A stretch of 11,123 nucleotides of DNA. Origin: Candidatus Hodarchaeota archaeon. GTDB taxonomy: Archaea > Asgardarchaeota > Heimdallarchaeia > Hodarchaeales > Hodarchaeaceae. The position numbers and the translations under genes were made by a program. Under the pieces are notes generated by a model that worked only from the letters and a program-made list of their open reading frames with translations, was not told the origin of the DNA and did no database searches. Where the stretch lies: assembly GCA_016839785.1 (NCBI GenBank), contig JAEOTQ010000178.1:1-11123 (forward strand), in the 5' to 3' direction. Position 1 is the first letter of the stretch. Every line of letters starts with the position of its first letter. This document shows, in pieces, positions 7,360 through 11,123 of this stretch.

Positions 7360-8835
7360 TTAGAATGATCCCGTTAAGAAGTCTCTGGTAATAATAAATA
7401 CGGCCAAAAATAGTAGAAATCTTGAAACGCGAATGACGACTGCTGAATATGTTGTTATTTTATGTTCTGAACTGAAATTGATGTATAGAGGCAATATACT
7501 CATTAATAATCCGAGAAAAATGAAAATAGGATCAAAATTAGGAATTTCATAGGTATTACGATTGTACCCCCCGACAGAGATTGAAATCAGCTGAAATAAT
7601 GGACTGGCTCCAGATATGAAGGCCAGAGAGATGAGTGAGAAAATTTGGATGATTGTTGTCTGAAATGCAGTCGCTTCAAGCCTAGCTTTACCAATACGAA
7701 GCAAGTTACTAGTCTTATTCAATTCTTCAGTGATAATCAATAATTTTTTACCTGCAAGTTTTGTACTGATTGTACTGAATTTTTCAATTAGGTTGAGAAT
7801 TTGAAGCGTTCTAGAAGAGAATAATCTCTGAAGAGCAACGATGTCAGTAAATGAAGCTGGTTCAACATTTAAGCGAAAAGAAACAAGAGCCTCTTTTAAT
7901 GAGGATGTAAGAACTTCTGTTGTATTTTCAATATATACATTTAGGGCTTTATTCAAGCTTTTAATATAAGATAATCCTGATACTAGATTTTCCGCATGAA
8001 TCACTAGAAATTCAATTGTTCTATCGTCTATAAAAGGTAATAATGGAGAATGTCCAGCAAATACAGAGAGATGTTTATCAGGTCGAAATATAATTGAAGC
8101 AAAAAAAACCATAGATATTACCCCAAATCCAACAATATTAGTAATCTGGCCCGAGATTAAGAGATAGCATAAGATAACAGGAGGACTTAAAAAAGTCAAT
8201 CCAGAAAAAAGTGAACCCCAAGTATCCACTTTATCAGTTTCTTCCCTAATATACTCAGAAAGATGAGACAAAATCATATTAGTAGAAAGCAGAGTTAATT
8301 CTGTCCCAGTTTCCCAAGTATCAATTACATTGAGAAAAACACGCCTTAACTCTCCAGAAATTTGGTTTTCAATCTGAGAACGAATAGCATCTTTGAGGGG
8401 GATTCCAAAATGGGATTTAATTAAACTATCACTAAATATGTTTGAATAAATCTGATAATTGCTTGTTATTATAAATTTAGTTGCATCTTTCAGTGATTTT
8501 GATGTTTCGAGAATTATTAATAACTCATGAAGAACAAAATATCCTATAATTTCAGCTTTAATCATATAATTTTTGAAATCTTGACGTATAAAGAAATGAA
8601 CTATCCGTAAACATACAAAGAAGCAGATTCCCTCCAGAATCAAATATTCGATCGTCACAAGATTCAAAATCGTCTGAATAAACGTCATGCTGATAAATGA
8701 AAATAAAAGGATGAGGACAAGGTTTTGTATCTGATGCCTTGTGATCCAGTATTTGGATTTCCAGTGATATGAGTAATTTAATATATCAAAAAAGTCTAAA
8801 TTTCCAAAAAAATGATTCATTATAATATTAATCAA
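7360..8835 (-). CDS. Type II secretion system F-family membrane platform protein (fused TadB/TadC, ArlJ/FlaJ-like)
   Basis: Multi-pass membrane protein with two soluble repeats typical of T2SSF domains: LLIILETSKSLKDATKFI..NY...GIPLKDAI...SGELRRVF..VIDTWETG and FLVIHAENLVSGLSYIKSL. Each repeat is followed by TM helices. A cognate ATPase lies nearby. The true start may be ATG 8820 rather than TTG 8835. Confidence 0.75.
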   Translation of the reverse strand: MINIIMNHFFGNLDFFDILNYSYHWKSKYWITRHQIQNLVLILLFSFISMTFIQTILNLVTIEYLILEGICFFVCLRIVHFFIRQDFKNYMIKAEIIGYFVLHELLIILETSKSLKDATKFIITSNYQIYSNIFSDSLIKSHFGIPLKDAIRSQIENQISGELRRVFLNVIDTWETGTELTLLSTNMILSHLSEYIREETDKVDTWGSLFSGLTFLSPPVILCYLLISGQITNIVGFGVISMVFFASIIFRPDKHLSVFAGHSPLLPFIDDRTIEFLVIHAENLVSGLSYIKSLNKALNVYIENTTEVLTSSLKEALVSFRLNVEPASFTDIVALQRLFSSRTLQILNLIEKFSTISTKLAGKKLLIITEELNKTSNLLRIGKARLEATAFQTTIIQIFSLISLAFISGASPLFQLISISVGGYNRNTYEIPNFDPIFIFLGLLMSILPLYINFSSEHKITTYSAVVIRVSRFLLFLAVFIITRDFLTGSF

Positions 8836-9150
8836 CTAAGAAACCTCGAAATTTTTAATACATTTGAAAATTATCTTTTAGCGGCATTACTGATATTGAA
8901 TTTCTTTTTGAACCAAAGGGATCTTCAAAAGAAACTCCGTTTTCATTTCAAAGACATTCTTTTAATTTTCCTTCATAAGAACCTAAGAATGCTTGATTTG
9001 ACCAAGGGATATTAAAGAGTGAAAACTATAGAGAAGACATTCAACAATTTCGTTTTATTTGAACTCTGAGTGGCATAGAGCAAGAATCGAATCGAGGTTC
9101 AATATTGATCATTTTTGGGTGTTTTTAATTACTCGCGGTTGATTAGATGA

Positions 9151-9474
9151 TTGATGGAATTGCCCCTCTTGGAAGAACGAACAAAGGTAATCACTGCTAA
9201 ATGTCCAATATGTGGAAAATGCGAATCAATAACCATAAATCTTACAGAATTAGAGCAAGCGAGGAATAATCACTCTCTTCTGACAAAAGCAGTTTCCCAT
9301 GCTAAAGATGGCCATGTTTTAACCTTATATATAGATGGGGAAGGTCTAGTCAGAAGGAAATATTGTTTTGATTTAGTTCGGAAAAATCTCATTAAAATGA
9401 ACAATCTTACTCCTGGGAAGCTGGATAATTTATTTGAAAAAATGATTAAAGACTCAATGAGACAAGGAAAATAA
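9151..9474 (+). CDS. Small hypothetical protein with putative Zn site (CPIC...SHAKDGH-VLTLYID..G.VRR)
   Basis: 107-aa ORF with CxxC plus HxxxxH followed by a YID..xxVR strand pattern, which I recall from uncharacterised Asgard proteins. TTTAATTA lies about 23 nt upstream of ATG 9154, the more likely start. Confidence 0.7.
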   Translation: MMELPLLEERTKVITAKCPICGKCESITINLTELEQARNNHSLLTKAVSHAKDGHVLTLYIDGEGLVRRKYCFDLVRKNLIKMNNLTPGKLDNLFEKMIKDSMRQGK

Positions 9475-9504
9475 ACCATTGGCTAGTAATGGAGGAAATG
9501 CTCA

Positions 9505-10830
9505 TTGGTATTAGTTGATTTAGTTATAAATCAAAAATCTGGCTCGTTGATAAACTCGTACAAGTTTTTGTGTTATAAAGCTCTGATAAGGAGAGATAAA
9601 CTATCCTCAAATATTGAATATCAAGTCATTTACGATGAGGTTGTAATGGGGGAATTAAAAAATTTCAATTTGTACGAAGGGTTACTAAAAAGTACTATAG
9701 AAGAACTAATTGTTAAGACACAAGATTTCATTTCATTAGATGAGCTATTTTCTTTCGTTTCTAACTTGAAAGGAGAAATCTTAGGTTTTTCTGAGCATCT
9801 AATAATTCCAGTCCTTTTCAGAATTCTAAAGATGGAGAGACTTGGTCCTTTATTGGTAGATAATCAAATTGATGAAATCTATTTGGATTCCAGTCAATCG
9901 TATATCTATATTGATCACGCGAGGTACGGAAGATGTTCAACCCAAATCCGTCTACGGAAACAAGAAATAGAGTCATTTATACATAGAGTAGCTCTCGAGA
10001 ATGATTTTAATCTGAATCGAGAGAATCCGACCATGAAAGGAGACTTTGTGACAAAGTTATTTCACACTCGAATCACTGTTGATATTCCACCTCTTTTAAT
10101 CGATGATGTCCATCTCGATATTCGAAAGTTCCATCCTCATAATCTTCATCTCGAGGATCTGATTAAATCTGGTAGTATTCCTCAATCGCAAGGAAATTTT
10201 CTTAGGGAGATAATGAATAATTTAGTGTCTCTCTCTATTATTGGTCCTCCAAATTCGGGGAAAACAACTTTGCAAAATGCTCTGTTAGAATATATCCCTC
10301 CTCACTTCAGGATTTTGTCTGTAGAGGATGTCCTTGAGACTTCAAATTTAAGGATTGGAAATCAAGTAAGATTTAGGCTAGGTTATGATCCTAATGAAAG
10401 AAATATTTACACAAAAGCAATGGAAATTCAAAAATTATTGCACAGAAGCCCTGATTATGTGAATTTAGGAGAACTCTCGACAAAAGATAACTTTCTAGCC
10501 TTTTTGAATATTCTTTCTGTGGGTATACCCTCAATCCAGACAATCCATGGGAGAAATCCCAATTATTTGCTTCTACGATTACAAGATGTTTATAAAATAC
10601 CTATAAGTCTGATTAAAACGTCATTTCCACATGTATTTGTTGAAATGGATACCCTTTGGGTAGAAAACATTCGTAAAAGATTCATAATTAGAATAGCAGA
10701 ACTAACACCAGAGGGGGAGATAATTATTGTCTCTGATAGACAAAGTGATCGATTTAATGATTTATTAATAGATAAACAAAATTCCTACTCACTCAATTTT
10801 CTCCAAGATCGGAAAAACGGAATACATTGA
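9505..10830 (+). CDS. Type II/IV secretion-family ATPase (VirB11/TadA-CpaF/ArlI-like)
   Basis: N-domain motif LGPLLVDNQIDEIY, LNRENP and DIRKF. Walker A GPPNSGKTT (from 10243), Asp box SVEDVLE, Walker B HRSPDYVNLGEL, His-box remnant GIPSIQTIHG. TTG start 9 nt after GGAGG (9491-9495). Confidence 0.92.
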   Translation: MVLVDLVINQKSGSLINSYKFLCYKALIRRDKLSSNIEYQVIYDEVVMGELKNFNLYEGLLKSTIEELIVKTQDFISLDELFSFVSNLKGEILGFSEHLIIPVLFRILKMERLGPLLVDNQIDEIYLDSSQSYIYIDHARYGRCSTQIRLRKQEIESFIHRVALENDFNLNRENPTMKGDFVTKLFHTRITVDIPPLLIDDVHLDIRKFHPHNLHLEDLIKSGSIPQSQGNFLREIMNNLVSLSIIGPPNSGKTTLQNALLEYIPPHFRILSVEDVLETSNLRIGNQVRFRLGYDPNERNIYTKAMEIQKLLHRSPDYVNLGELSTKDNFLAFLNILSVGIPSIQTIHGRNPNYLLLRLQDVYKIPISLIKTSFPHVFVEMDTLWVENIRKRFIIRIAELTPEGEIIIVSDRQSDRFNDLLIDKQNSYSLNFLQDRKNGIH

Positions 10831-11005
10831 AGGACATTAACTTCAGCATTTAATGTGAATGGGTAATGGTATATCAATTTCTGTTATCTGCTAAGGGAAT
10901 TTTACAGTACTAACGTAACTTCGATAATGAAACAATTCAGTTAATTTTCCCTACGAAAACTTTTTAAGTGATGATTCGGGAAATAATAACATTTGAGGGC
11001 TTCAA

Positions 11006-11123
11006 ATGAAAATTCCCAGAATCATCAAACAATTCATCCATTCTGAGCTTTATAAAGTTTGTGATGGATATGATACTACCAAGATAATTGGTAAATACTC
11101 CTCCAAAAGTACTTGGAATCCTC
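11006..11123 (+). CDS. Possible 5' fragment of a downstream gene (MKIPRIIKQFIHSELYKVCDGYDTTKIIGKYSSKSTWNP...)
   Basis: ATG at 11006 with GAGGG at 10995-10999, and the frame is open to the window end. An antisense frame is also open from the window end, so the assignment is uncertain. Confidence 0.4.
   Translation, partial: MKIPRIIKQFIHSELYKVCDGYDTTKIIGKYSSKSTWNP

Noticed and set aside
2326-9479. Short ORFs 2326..2508, 3724..3936, 8812..9015 and 9270..9479
   Set aside because: Three are antisense to longer credible genes. 8812..9015 overlaps the platform start head-to-head, has no motif and is not pilin-like.
9489-9518. Mini-ORF MEEMLIGIS overlapping the ATPase start (uORF or frameshifted N-terminus)
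   Set aside because: It is only 9 codons, and the GGAGG inside it is well spaced for the TTG at 9505, which explains the region without a frameshift.
7360-10830. Archaellum (arlI/arlJ) assignment
   Set aside because: No archaellin, ArlF/G/H or chemotaxis genes are nearby and the gene orientation differs, so gene symbols were withheld.
2217-11123. Integrated element or conjugative island at the tRNA
   Set aside because: No integrase, relaxase, VirB4/VirD4 or repeat of the tRNA 3' end was seen in the window. The T2SSF platform points to a pilus-type rather than a T4SS machine.

Overview
Low-GC archaeal chromosomal window, most likely from an Asgard archaeon. This is inferred from the archaeal rpoD-L18e-L13-S9 block, BHB-type tRNA introns and a small CxxC...HxxxxH-YID protein of a type I associate with Asgard genomes. 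The left part (1-2020) is the conserved informational operon rpoD/rpo3 (5'-truncated), rpl18e, rpl13, rps9, with no rpoN after it. Next is a tRNA gene (2082-2216) that resolves by hand as tRNA-Ile(GAU) interrupted by two introns. One is at non-canonical position 30/31 with a full bulge-helix-bulge (BHB), the other at canonical 37/38 with a relaxed BHB, so the anticodon sits on a 7-nt micro-exon. The right part (2315-11123) is a divergently arranged surface-structure locus. On the minus strand are a TadB/C-ArlJ-like membrane platform, a 1174-aa sequon-rich membrane-anchored surface protein and a 472-aa two-TM unknown. On the plus strand are a small putative Zn-binding protein, a VirB11/TadA/ArlI-family ATPase with atypical motifs and a probable truncated next gene. 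No pilin, CRISPR, transposase or integrase is visible. All family calls come from motif recognition, not database searches.
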